From Octopus bimaculoides (lineage: Eukaryota), in NCBI RefSeq assembly GCF_001194135.2, contig NC_068996.1, forward strand, positions 13,195,707 through 13,235,180: 39,474 bases of DNA. Reading direction: 5' to 3'. Both the position numbers and the translations under genes were made by a program. Below the pieces are notes generated by a model that saw nothing but the letters and a program-made list of their open reading frames with translations, ran no database searches and was not told the origin of the DNA. This document shows positions 11,400 to 22,003 of the stretch, piece by piece (position 1 is the first letter of the stretch; each line of letters begins with the position of its first letter).

Positions 11400-12170
11400 A
11401 CCTGTTTCTGGCTCAATAGGCGTCAATTTCAAATTATTCAGTTACGTCTTAAAAACAAAGTGAGACAATTGCCGAATTTTGAGGTTATAAAGTTTATTCT
11501 AATGAAACTGAAACCTTGTGCAACGTAAAACGTGTGATTATAAATAATTGAACAACATCATATAGGTAGAACACCCTTAGAAATGTTAAATATTAATGAC
11601 TCAGAACTGCAAATTACTTCAGATTTCTCTATACATGATAAACCTGAACTATCTAATACCGGAAATCCATATTTTACATTAAAAGATCATAAGGCATTTG
11701 TTTAGTAGAAATCCATTTAGCAGATTATGAAATCCAACTAAAACTGATACTAGGTGAATTAGTGAGATGGTCTAAGATAAACCGATTCCAAAGTTAAAAG
11801 CAGAGGAACAATTAAGTTTGTGGATAAATCCACAGCGGGTGATACAAATGTTCTATAATATTCATAATAAATTCTAGTGCTAAGTTTCTCTAATTTCACA
11901 TAGATAACTATTATACATCTATCACAAGATTTCTACTAGATAACGCTGAATCAAAGACGGAAGATTTTAAAATAGGAATGCTATTACACGTTAAGAAAAC
12001 TTCGACCTCTCACTTTGGATCGAAATATCATCGAGTACTCATTTTGATGTCACAAAAGGAGTAAATAATCCATTTGAAGTAAGTGATTTGAGAGGATGGT
12101 ATATGTTTCCTAAAATAAAATAAAATTTCCGATGTTTAAGAAGGGATTATAACATGATCACTGATTAGTA
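11400..12170 (+). mobile_element. Decayed Penelope-like element RT fragment
   Basis: Manual translation across frameshifts: PYFTLKDHK (11667-11693), RL*NPTKTD, LWINPQRVIQMFYNI, FHIDNYYTSIT (11894 on; RT motif A-like) and FDVTKGVNNPFEVSDLRGWY (12043 on). Collinear with the minus-strand PLE motifs. Boundaries are approximate. Confidence 0.7.
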
Positions 12171-12371
12171 GAGCTTAACTGCAACTTACATATCATCTAC
12201 ATAATCGAATAAGTTCTTTACACTTTCATTAAGAACTTAGGCTTTATCAATATGTTCCAAGCCGAATTTGATGTGGCTAAATTTCTTCATGTAATTCTGA
12301 ATTTAAATGATTAAATCTAATATCCATATTTATTATATTACAGATATATCAGCGACTCCATCTAAGAATAT

Positions 12372-12403
12372 CTGAAGATGGAATTGTATTCCGAAATATC
12401 ATC
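12372..12403 (+). ncRNA. Minimal hammerhead-like motif downstream of the plus-strand PLE fragment
   Basis: CTGAAGA-T-GGAAT(tgt)ATTCC-GAAA-T(atc)ATC. Core and stem II are intact. Stem III is only 2 bp and stem I is poorly paired. Confidence 0.45.
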
Positions 12404-12535
12404 GGACTATGGATAGCTAGATTACAACAGGTATATACTCCATTTTTTTTCGTATTCTAGTGCATTGTTGTACCATTCAAAACTTTTTATTCTTTACAAA
12501 CAATACAGAATGCTTCAAACGAACTACAGTACTCT

Positions 12536-12538
<3 letters not shown>

Positions 12539-12572
<34 letters not shown>
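12539..12572. repeat. (TA)n microsatellite between two convergent PLE 3' ends
   Basis: Direct reading. Confidence 0.95.
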
Positions 12573-12574
<2 letters not shown>

Positions 12575-12596
12575 GTAATATAATATGTGACAATTA

Positions 12597-12683
12597 TTCG
12601 ATTGCCATAATAACTCTCTGAGTTTCGGATGTCGGGGCGTCTGTCAGTTATCCGGCATCTCGTCAGTTATCGAGGCAATCAAA
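12597..12683 (-). ncRNA. Near-complete type I hammerhead ribozyme at the PLE 3' terminus
   Basis: Minus strand: TTTGATTGCC-tcg-ATAA CTGACGA GATGCCGG(16 nt)CCGACATC c GAA ACTC(aga)GAGT t A TTAT-GGCAATCGAA. All three stems pair and the core is intact. There is one extra C before GAAA and one extra U at the cleavage site. Confidence 0.75.
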
Positions 12684-12689
12684 ATGTGC

Positions 12690-12900
12690 TATGAAAATGA
12701 CCGTTGAAATAAGGGAAATTACTGTGTAAATGACCGTTATTAAGACAAAAGAGCTATTAGAATGACCGCTAAGTAAGGAGGAAAAAACCGAAGGGGAAGA
12801 AATAAAAATTAAAGTAAAAATACTCATAGCAATTGCGTATGCGCGCATGTACATACATACACATGCGCCCACGCACACTCACGTACATGTGCCTATATGC
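12690..12900 (-). repeat. Left arm of a ~200-bp inverted repeat (partner 15826-16030)
   Basis: Its reverse complement aligns by eye at roughly 85% with 15826-16030, e.g. CGGTCATTCTAATAGCTCTTTTGTCTTAATAACGGTCA is identical. Confidence 0.9.
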
Positions 12901-13450
12901 ATATGCTTACTCACACTTGTATGAAACACATATGTGCACCCACATATATGTCAATAGAAGCACGTATATATGCAACCATGCATGTATACGCATACATATC
13001 CATACACACACGCGCGCGCACTCACACACGTGCACATACCCATGCGCGCACATACCCATGCGCGCAAAATTATATTCAAATGCACGTCTAAAAATACGTA
13101 CATACTATATGCTCACTCACTCGCGTGGAACACATGCATGTACATCCAGATTTAGGCAACCATACACATGTACATATGCATGTACACATATGCATATCCG
13201 TACACACGCGGGCACACACACACATACACTTGCACATGCCCATACGCGCACAGTTATATTCAAATGCATGTCTAAAATATGTATATGCTATATATGCATA
13301 TGCTCATTCACACTCGCATAAAACACTCGCATGTACACTCACATATATATATGCAACCATACACATGTACATATATATGTACATATATACATACCCGCAC
13401 GCATGCACACACAAAAGTTCATATACATGTCTATATACGCACATGCACAA
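12900..13450. repeat. CA/TA-rich degenerate tandem repeat, unit ~185-197 bp, inside the PLE 3' UTR
   Basis: GCAACCAT at 12972, 13156 and 13353. TTATATTCAAATGCAYGTCTAAAA at 13070 and 13254. Confidence 0.7.
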
Positions 13451-13649
13451 GAAAAATGCAGGGTGAAAGGTAAAATACAGAAAAAAATGTGTAAAAATAT
13501 ATAAAGCAATAAAAATATAAAAATATATCTCTAAATATGTAAAAAACTATATAAAATATATATATAAAAAGTATAGAGAGTTAAAAAGCTTGTACGTGGA
13601 CACAATATAACAAGCAGGTTCTATCTGTGATCTTGGAGGTGGGGGAGAA

Positions 13650-15730
13650 CCAAAAACGTAACAAATATTTAGTCATATGTGGACATGATACAAAATGTTC
13701 AGTTCCTGAATTCAGACATGTAGCGGGGTCTAAGCTGCTTTTCCAGATGAGCTATCTTTCCCTATCACAAAGACCGCACTTATGACTGCCGTTAGTTTAA
13801 GGCTTACACTTGGCTAAGATCTTCCAATAGATGTTGTAACTGACACCTTTATCTTTTAAGGACCATATATGACTGGATAATTTGGTCGTTTTCCTTTTAT
13901 CCTAGTGTCTGAAGCTCGAGGTATGATTGTTGAACCTGGCCTTAAAATCCCCTTTGTAAGTCTCACATATTTCTTTGTCGAAACTATGTCCTTAGTGGTT
14001 GTAGAGTCTACAGTAGCTTCATAAAGGATGGTCTCGGACATGCAAGCTCCATGTAGCAGGCACAAATTTTTATCCCTGCATGAACAGCTGGTTTCATTTT
14101 GTAGCTTTTGTGTGTTATGTGCGTTTATATTTTTAAAATTAGTAGTTGAGCTGAAACTTATTTTTAAGTTATGTCTATTGAAGAGCTTTCTGTAACTATG
14201 ATTGACTGGAAAATGTCTATCTATCAGTGCTAAGAAATACTTAACTATATTAAAGGTCACTTCGGGGGAGTAGGGGTGTTTGAAGCAGATAGTGTTCCTT
14301 TTCCTATGTTTTCTTTTCTTTATTATTGTACTGGTGACAGGTGTATAAGTTATTTCCTCGCTAAATCCATTATCTTTTAGAGCATTATTATATAATGGGA
14401 AAACGCTATTAAAAATGTCCCTATCGGAAGAGGGGCTAGAAATTCTTTTGCTAATGTTTTTAACTAAATTTTTAAACACTATGTGGGGGATGACAGGAAC
14501 CCACATTAATATAACTAAGTCTATCTTTGGGCTTCCTATAAGGTTTATAAATATTCTTGTTTAGATCTAAGGATACATCTAGGAAATTGACAACTGTCAG
14601 GTTAGTATCTGTAGTTATGCTCAGACCGAAAGTTTTCATCATTTAGATAATGTCCTTCCTAAACCGATCTTGTGCTGGTCCATTGGTATTTGTGGTTAAA
14701 GCTAGAGCATCATCTTTGTAAATGGCGAAGTATATGTCAGGAAAAGTCTTGCTCAACGTATCGAGTAGGAATAGTCCAATAAGATCGCATATACCTGCTC
14801 CATCATATGATCCCATGCTCACATTGAAAGCACCCTCTGTATCGGTACTCTGCGTTCTCACTGAAGAGTAAAGTCTTTCTAACATGGAAGATTATGTACT
14901 TATCTTGTGTACTGATTTCTATAAATTCGCTTGCGAAGGTGAGGGCTTTATCTAGCAGTTCCTTATAGATAGAGGCATAGAAATCGACAACAATGAATTG
15001 CGTAAATCTCGCTTTATACTTATTCCTAATGACTTTAAACCAGTCAACGACTTCTATACTATTGGACTATTGTACTAACCTAGTGGCATTCCTGACTTTT
15101 GCATTGATTTTTCCTAAAATTTCTTTACCAAATACCAATTTCTGATTTAGCTGGGTTAATAAGCCCCCATTTAGGATTAGGCAGGAAGTTCTTTTTATGG
15201 TCCTCTTTTTTTTTTGGAAGAACCTCTCTTTTTTTTTTATCTAATTTAAGTCTGGCAGCGATAATGCTAGCTTCTTTATTAATTTCGTTATAAATTTGTG
15301 GCCTAGCTTTGGTGTAATTATTGATGATGCTGTTGTGTAGAAGTCGTGAATATGTGCTGTTTTCTACAAGGTATAAGTTCTTGGTTTTATCAGAAAAAAG
15401 TGCCATTGTTTGGAACTCTTTATGTATTTGATATCTTTTTCCAGTTTCTGTTGGAAAGTGTTAAAAGACTTACGAAATTTTATTTTGTTCATGAGCTTCA
15501 GTAGGTCCGCTTCGAAGTCTTCCAAGCCTTTGATTTTTGGAGGGAGTTTCATTGATTTAATTCTAAAGAATATATTCTCTGTAGTGTCCTCCTCCATTTT
15601 GTAAAAGAAAGCTTTCCATCTCATGCGCTTAATAAGGTCTGTAATTTTCTCCAAAAGTTTCTTAGAATATAGTTCCCTGGATGGTATAGGTATGTTTTTC
15701 ACAGAATAGTCGATCTTGTAGGCGTCTATA
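13650..15730 (-). pseudogene. Disrupted single ORF of the PLE (about 690 codons; track pieces 15364-15702, 15125-15406, 14643-14885, 13856-14506)
   Basis: Collinear PLE motifs in different frames. GIY-YIG-like ILY...YVR has lost its Gly. In-frame TAA and TAG stops in the C-terminal part. Confidence 0.85.
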
Positions 15731-15825
15731 TTGAATTCTGTGGGGCACAGTCCTCAACCGATTTGTGGCAATTTTTCCAAAATAAGCTGTATTAGCTTTT
15801 ACGGAAAAATAGCCGTGTACGGGAG

Positions 15826-16030
15826 GTATGCATATAGTCACATGTATGTGGGTGTGCGTGTGCGCATGTGTATGTATGCACATGCGCACATACGCGATTG
15901 CTATGAGCATTTTTTACTTCTTCCCCTTCTTTTTTCCCCTTATTTAACGGTCATTCTAATAGCTCTTTTGTCTTAATAACGGTCAATTTCATAGTAATGT
16001 CCCTTTGTTCAACGGTCATTTTCATGTTCT
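15826..16030 (+). repeat. Right arm of the inverted repeat (inverted pseudo-LTR-like copy at the PLE 5' end)
   Basis: See left arm. Homology begins near TATGCATATAG and fades after CGGTCATTTTCAT. Confidence 0.9.
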
Positions 16031-16086
16031 CATGTTGCTTAAAGTTTTAAGATTTAAATAACTCTTTTATAAATCCTTTAGATTAA

Positions 16087-16170
16087 CTGTGAGGAGAGAA
16101 ATATAGATGATTGTTTTGGTTGGAATTAACTAGCCCGTACCAAACTATATCTTCTCGAAACGGCCGTCAG
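16087..16170 (+). ncRNA. Hammerhead-like motif with palindromic stem III and extended stem II
   Basis: CT-GTGAGGA-GAGAAATATAG...CTATATcTTCTC-GAA-ACGGCCGT-C-AG. Stem II is 11 bp with one bulge, ACGGCCGT is a palindrome, and the triplet is GUC (16166-16168). The first core base is G instead of C. Confidence 0.65.
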
Positions 16171-19100
16171 ACTTTACACCTGCTCAAGATTCATTTTAAA
16201 ATCATTTTATACCAACTTTCTCATCTATTTGGATTACCGCTATACATTCACCATCCGCATATTTTAATATCCTCATTGATTTTAATACGGACATACAACC
16301 TCGCAAGTACATTTATGTATTTATATATATATTTATATGTTTATAAATTTTTATATTATATCTTGTGTATATGAGTGCACCTATGTATGGTGTGGAGTAT
16401 TCCGATGCTTTTAAATATATTGAGGGAATATGAACACTGACCTTTGAAATTTGATGTCTCTTTCTTGGTTTTTATATTCTTGAGGCTCCATTAGAGGGCT
16501 AATTAGTTGTGCTGTATAAAGGGATAATTTTTTCATTTATTTCTTCATTATGAATATCCGAGTTTGTATGATTGTATATAGAAGAATATATTAATCAATG
16601 AAATTCCAAGTCTGATTTTCATGCTTTATTATTTGATTTTTTTATAATTGTACAGTATTGAGATAAAGTATTACTTTCAAGCGTTACGCAGTCATCAGGT
16701 TTTTTTTTCGTCACAGTCCTGTACCACAATATATACATATTGCTTTACATATTGGGTGCATTGTATATGTATGTGTGAATGTATATATGTGTGTATATCT
16801 TCAAACATGTTAATATGTATAAAATAAGAAAAGGAGAGAGAGAGAGATAAAGAGAGAGACATAGACAGAGAGTGATAAAGAGAGAGAAAAAGAAATTGTT
16901 TTAAAAACAATGACTAAATCAAAATCGACATCTTGAATTGTAATTAAACTTCAGGTTGACCACATCAACACAATACAATTGAAAAGAAGCCTCTTTCTCC
17001 CTATATTTCTTTCTTTGTCACTCCTCTATCTTTTCTTCTATTTCTTTCTTTCTTTCTTTAAAAAAAATTGACATCTTGAAATGTCATTAACATCAGCCAC
17101 CTGTGAAAAAGTTACAAATCACAGAGCACACTCAAATATGTTCTTTCTTTCTGCTTCCTTTTCTCTTTTCTGTCTTTCTTTCTGTCTTCCTCTCTTTCTT
17201 TCTTTCCTCCCTTCTTTATAGCAAAAGAAGTATTATTTTAGATTTATATAAAAAGTAAAGTAATTTTCTGTAAGCCATATCTGTGGAGTCTCAGTGTAAG
17301 AAACCAAAGCACTATTAAATAATTATCCAAAATTCTGACTACCTTTTACTTAACACACGCACATACGCGCGCGCACACATACATACGTACACACGTACAC
17401 CCCTCCACATATTTATAGATAAGTAGAAACATATACACACATACATAGTATATATGTATGTATGTATATATGTATGTATGTAACTATTTTTCTAGCGCGA
17501 CTCTCTCTATCTCTATATCTAACTCCCCCTCTCATTCTTCCCTCTACTGTTCTTCGCCTCTAACTGTCACTACTATCTCTCTCTCTCTCTACCTCTCGTT
17601 GCTCACTTTTATACTACTTCCTCCCCTTCTTTTCCCTCTGCTACTCTTTCTGTTTACACAGCCGGCTGCTATTTCTTTTCGTTCTTGGACTCCCCAAGCT
17701 CGAACGGACTTCTTTGCCCCTCCTGTTCGTGCTTCACAGGTTTCAATACATACACACTTCACGTCTAGCTGTACAGCCTTTTTGCTTGTTTGCTTATTCA
17801 CCGTTTCGTTTTCCAGTTTTGTTTTCCGTCCGCCACTACCATCCACGAAAATAATTTAATTTGTGTTCGTGGGAAGAACCATTTTAACGATGCGTACTGC
17901 CTTAAATCTTCCAAACGCCGGTGTTTTAATGGTGGCAGCTGATGAAGGAGATGTTTCTATGTGGCCTTCTTGTTTGTTGTACCTTGTTTATCATTTTGTC
18001 CATGTTCTTTTGCCACGTCATGTACCCAGTTATGTATCTATATGTACATGTAGATGAAGGTATGTACATACATGTACATATATATGCATATACTCATATA
18101 TTGTTTATATATATATATATACACACACATATTTCTATATACAAAAGACACACAGACACACGCACAGACACATTCACATTTCTATACATATACAACCCTT
18201 TTAAAAATTCTTTAAAATTTAGACACAAGGCTAGCAATTTTTAGAATACGAGGCCACTCGATTCATCGATCCCAGTACTTGATAGTTTCTTTATTTTGCT
18301 GACCCGTAAATGTTAATAATAATAAATCGAAATGGGCCTAGAGATATATACTGGTGCAACCCACCGTTACATCCCTGTAAGTCAGATTTTTGTTTTTCAA
18401 CTCAGTAAGCATTTGCTTTGTCAACACATATTCCATAATATTTCAATAACGTCTCTCTGCTCAAGGTGCTGTGTATAGCTCATTTAACATAGGTAATCAA
18501 AATTAAAATAACTTCTACTCGTGTAACGTTATGAGCGATAATAGCTGACATTTAAAACTAGAAATGCTTACCTAGAGCAATACACTCTAAACTTCTGGTG
18601 AAAACCGATACCGCATATACGACATACATTGAACTTCAAGATTTGTAACCACATCGTACACATACATACACATACATACAGTTTTTTTAGGAACCCTGTC
18701 AGGGAAAAATGGCACATCGTTTTACGGATATTGATGAAACGTGAAAGGCACCCGCACCAATTATACTCTAAAAATGGAGCATATTGGTTAAAGAAACAAC
18801 CTACGCTAGAAATGAAAAGTTTTAAACTTATACACTGCTGAAGTATTGCCGAAGTTATATGACAGAGACCCACTGTTCAATAAGAAACCGGAGATTCCTT
18901 CACATACAGTCATAAAATTTCTAGAACAGCATAAGATGAGATTGGTATTGATAAACAATATCATATTCCACTGGTTGATAGCTTCTGTATTTGTAATGTT
19001 TCCATAGTGATTAGTATACTACACATGATGCATTTAAATAATAGCACCACATACTAAAACACTGTGCACGGGCTAGGTTCTTGATTCTTACATATCATTA

Positions 19101-19525
19101 CCGTAAAGAAATTAAACATAATCTACATACCAATATACAAGCTAACTTTCGTATCAGTAGCTTTCTTTTGTATTTAACTATATAAGCTTATCATATTTTC
19201 ACGTGATTAACCTGTTAGCACATATAATTTTGACTTGAAAATTTAATCGACTAAATATACTGCTTCAAAATAGCATATTTACACTAGACTTCATACTGGT
19301 TATTTATATTTTGAGCTATAATATTTTACAACGAATATTATAAGATGGTTACTATTCATCGAATACGTTTACACATTTCCGTTTTGTATTAACAATTATA
19401 CCTATTTATGGAAGATAAGGTGACATCTTAAAATGAATAATTAGTAATATAAAATATAAAATACTAACTAATGATACGTTTATTTTATAATTACATTTCT
19501 TTCTCTCTCTTTCTCTGCATATACA

Positions 19526-19526
<1 letters not shown>

Positions 19527-19604
<78 letters not shown>

Positions 19605-19850
19605 ATATATATATATACATACATATATATATATATATACATATATATNNNNNNNNNNNNNNNNNNNNNNNNNNNNNNNNNNNNNNNNNNNNNNNNNNNN
19701 NNNNNNNNNNNNNNNNNNNNNNNNNNNNNNNNNNNNNNNNNNNNNNNNNNNNNNNNNNNNNNNNNNATATATATATATATATATATATACATATATACAT
19801 ATATCTATCTTTCTATATATATATATATATAGATAGATAGATGTAGATGT
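19527..19850. repeat. (CTAT)n followed by (TA)n around an assembly gap
   Basis: Direct reading. Confidence 0.9.
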
Positions 19851-19969
19851 ATATATATAAAGCAGAAACACGCATATGTACACATCTCCCAACATATGTG
19901 TATGTGTGTGTAGGGGGAATTTTTAAGTAAGAGAATTGATAGAGATAACGCCGATAATATATACCAGCT

Positions 19970-20700
19970 GTGCATATGTAACTATTCCAAAATATCGTTA
20001 TTTATGAGCGAATAACCAGGTTTATTAAAGTAGGTATTTATTTTGATATATTTCTGCAATTAATTAATATACATGATCTAATTACGATAAATATGCCTTC
20101 TTAATGTAATAATATACCTTAGCCATGATCATTTTTATATTTTTATGGTAAATTTTAATGATTATTGTCATCGTAAATTTTTGTCAGTGTTTTCTAACTT
20201 GATTTCGCCTTAATATTTCGACTTAGATTGAATTTTATTCTAGTAATAGCCTTGTCGAAATTAATCAGTAATTACTAGATATGTATTTTTTTCTAATTAT
20301 GATTTAAGGAGATTTTATAAGCAATAAGTTAATTTACGAATGATTATGTTTATCGTAAATTATTTTTGTCAACGGGATTAGTGTCTGTGTTGGCTTTAAC
20401 TTACCATTTATATTCATATGACTTTAAATGACTTTGAGTAATGATTGCAGGGGCCAGCAGTTAAATATACTTCACTTCTTAAATATTCTTCTCTCAATCA
20501 ACTTCACTTTTATTTATATTTCCCTGAAATATCTTTTTTGAAATATTAATACAAATGATGATGTCTTTTTTTCTTTCAAGTATTTTTCATGTATACAATT
20601 TCTGCGGATTGCTAATCTGATTACTGAAGATGTCCTTTAGAATAAATTTCTGCATTTTCCAATATCTAATTAATATACTTAATTTGTAGAACGTTCAGTT
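19970..20700 (-). mobile_element. Possible heavily decayed third PLE RT N-terminal fragment
   Basis: Frame-hopping translation gives TLIP/VDKNNL, NIKAKSS*KTLTKIYDD, KNDH and CILIN..NISK*IPTLINLVIRS..FWNS, in the order expected from the intact motifs. The match is weak and by eye only. Confidence 0.35.
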
Positions 20701-21331
20701 CACTCAGGTGACTGACCAGTATAGCTCACTATCCCATAATATTAAAACTGTTACGATCTTAAATATTACATTAGAACACTAATACTTTCTAAATGATCTT
20801 TATCTTTGCTATTGAAGGTTTACATCTTTTTTATATGGGACTTTATGTCATTGTTAATATTTGCATAAATAAAAATAACTATTCACTTTTTAGACGTTGC
20901 TCCTGACAAAAGGATTATGAAGAACTGGAAAAAGCTCAGTTGTAGTATTTATATTCAAATCGAAATAAAATTTCTTTCCTTATGTTTACTGAGTACTTTC
21001 TTGAATAGTGACAGTGAATATTAGTTCGACTAAGGACTATATATATATTTGTAAGTGTAGAATATTCTTTAATACATTAAAACTGAAAGGTTCCTATTCC
21101 CAGTACTCAGAGTTGTTCGTTTCTGATTACCAACTGCCAAATTAGTCCTGGTTTTTTATTGAAATATTCATCCTTTAGAAATTTTTTGAAATACAAAATG
21201 GAAGTTGAAGAAAACGTTTATCTTTGTTATTTTTTTAAAACTTTGCGAGCGACATTTCCAAAAACAGTTGCTTTAAGCTTACGTTTTTGACTTCATTTCT
21301 GGTTCTCGTGGTAATAATACAAACGCCTTAA

Positions 21332-21516
21332 GGCGGGAAACTGGCAGAATCCTTTGTACGCTGGGCAAAATGCTTAGCCGGATTTCGTCCGTCTTTACGT
21401 TCTGAGTTGATGATAAAAATAAGTACCAGTTGAGCGTTGGGGTCGATGTAACCGACGTACAATCCCCTCACTAACCGAAATTACTGACCTCGTGCCAAAG
21501 TTTAAATCAATATTAT
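21332..21516 (+). mobile_element. tRNA-derived SINE family A, internally deleted, with 11-bp TSD
   Basis: GGCGGGAAACTGGCAGAATCC...CGTTCTGAGTT|GATGATAAAAATAAGTACCAGTTG...GTGCCAAAG. AAACGCCTTAA flanks it at 21321-21331 and 21517-21527. Confidence 0.85.
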
Positions 21517-21560
21517 AAACGCCTTAAACTCCATACGAACGAAGTCATGAAGTTGTGTTG

Positions 21561-21959
21561 TTAAAGTAATGTTTTAAAGTAATACTTTTAAGTAATATTT
21601 TTAATTAATGCTTGTAGAAACAATGAAAGCGTATGCGCGTGCTCAGTTTATACTCGTCCATGCAGACGCATATATTTACACATATGAACATACACACAGA
21701 TATATACAAAGAATTATGTAAGCATGTATACATACACACATACATATTTATGCATACGCACACTTGGACACGCATCCTCACGTATTAGAACATATATCAA
21801 TAAAACATATTAATTACACATTTCGAAATCAGTGTTTCTTTTTCTAATCCAGAACGAAATTCAACGAAGCGAAATAAAAGCGCGAATGCACATTCATTGC
21901 TTTTAAAAACATAAGATAATAGTATTACTTACAAGTATTATTTTAAAACATTATTTAAA
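21561..21959. repeat. MITE-like element with ~79-bp degenerate terminal inverted repeats
   Basis: 21561-21639 matches the reverse complement of 21881-21959; the outer 38 bp match at 33 positions. The interior is CA/TA-rich and non-coding. Confidence 0.6.
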
Positions 21960-22003
21960 CAGAAACACAATTTTATGGTAAAGTTATGAGAGTTACTTTG
22001 CTC

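Larger units (their letters stand above)
12575..15825 (-). mobile_element. Penelope-like retroelement (RT + C-terminal GIY-YIG), near full-length, decayed, with 3' pseudo-LTR
   Basis: Motif order from N to C: DYSVKNIPIP..IKRMRWKAFF (15711 down), DHKKNFLPNPKWGLINPAKSEIG, FNVSMGSYDGAGICDLIG..YKDDALA, PYS..KYFLALIDRHFP..LFNRHNLKISFS, CSCRDKNLCLLHGAC..ILYEATV..KKYVRLT, KLSSHIWSLK..CGLC..CPHMTKYLL (~13660). The motif set resembles what I recall as the Hydra group of C-terminal-EN PLEs; the clade is unverified. Confidence 0.9.

Noticed and set aside
13650-14506. Selenocysteine recoding in the PLE, as reported for some Naiad elements
   Set aside because: The Cys positions I translated are intact Cys, the in-frame stops seen in the C-terminus are TAA/TAG, and the endonuclease is C-terminal, unlike Naiads.
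16674-16698. Minus-strand CTGATGA-CT-GCG(taa)CGC-TT-GAAA
   Set aside because: Stem II base is mismatched, the triplet would be CUU and there is no stem I. Kept only as a weak census entry.
16921-17096. ~33-bp imperfect direct repeat (16921 and 17064)
   Set aside because: Real but short, around a CT-rich spacer, with no evidence of function or element identity.
17860-18010. CTGATGAAGG at 17939 as a hammerhead
   Set aside because: No downstream GAAA after the possible stem. The region may be a repeat, but I cannot classify it.
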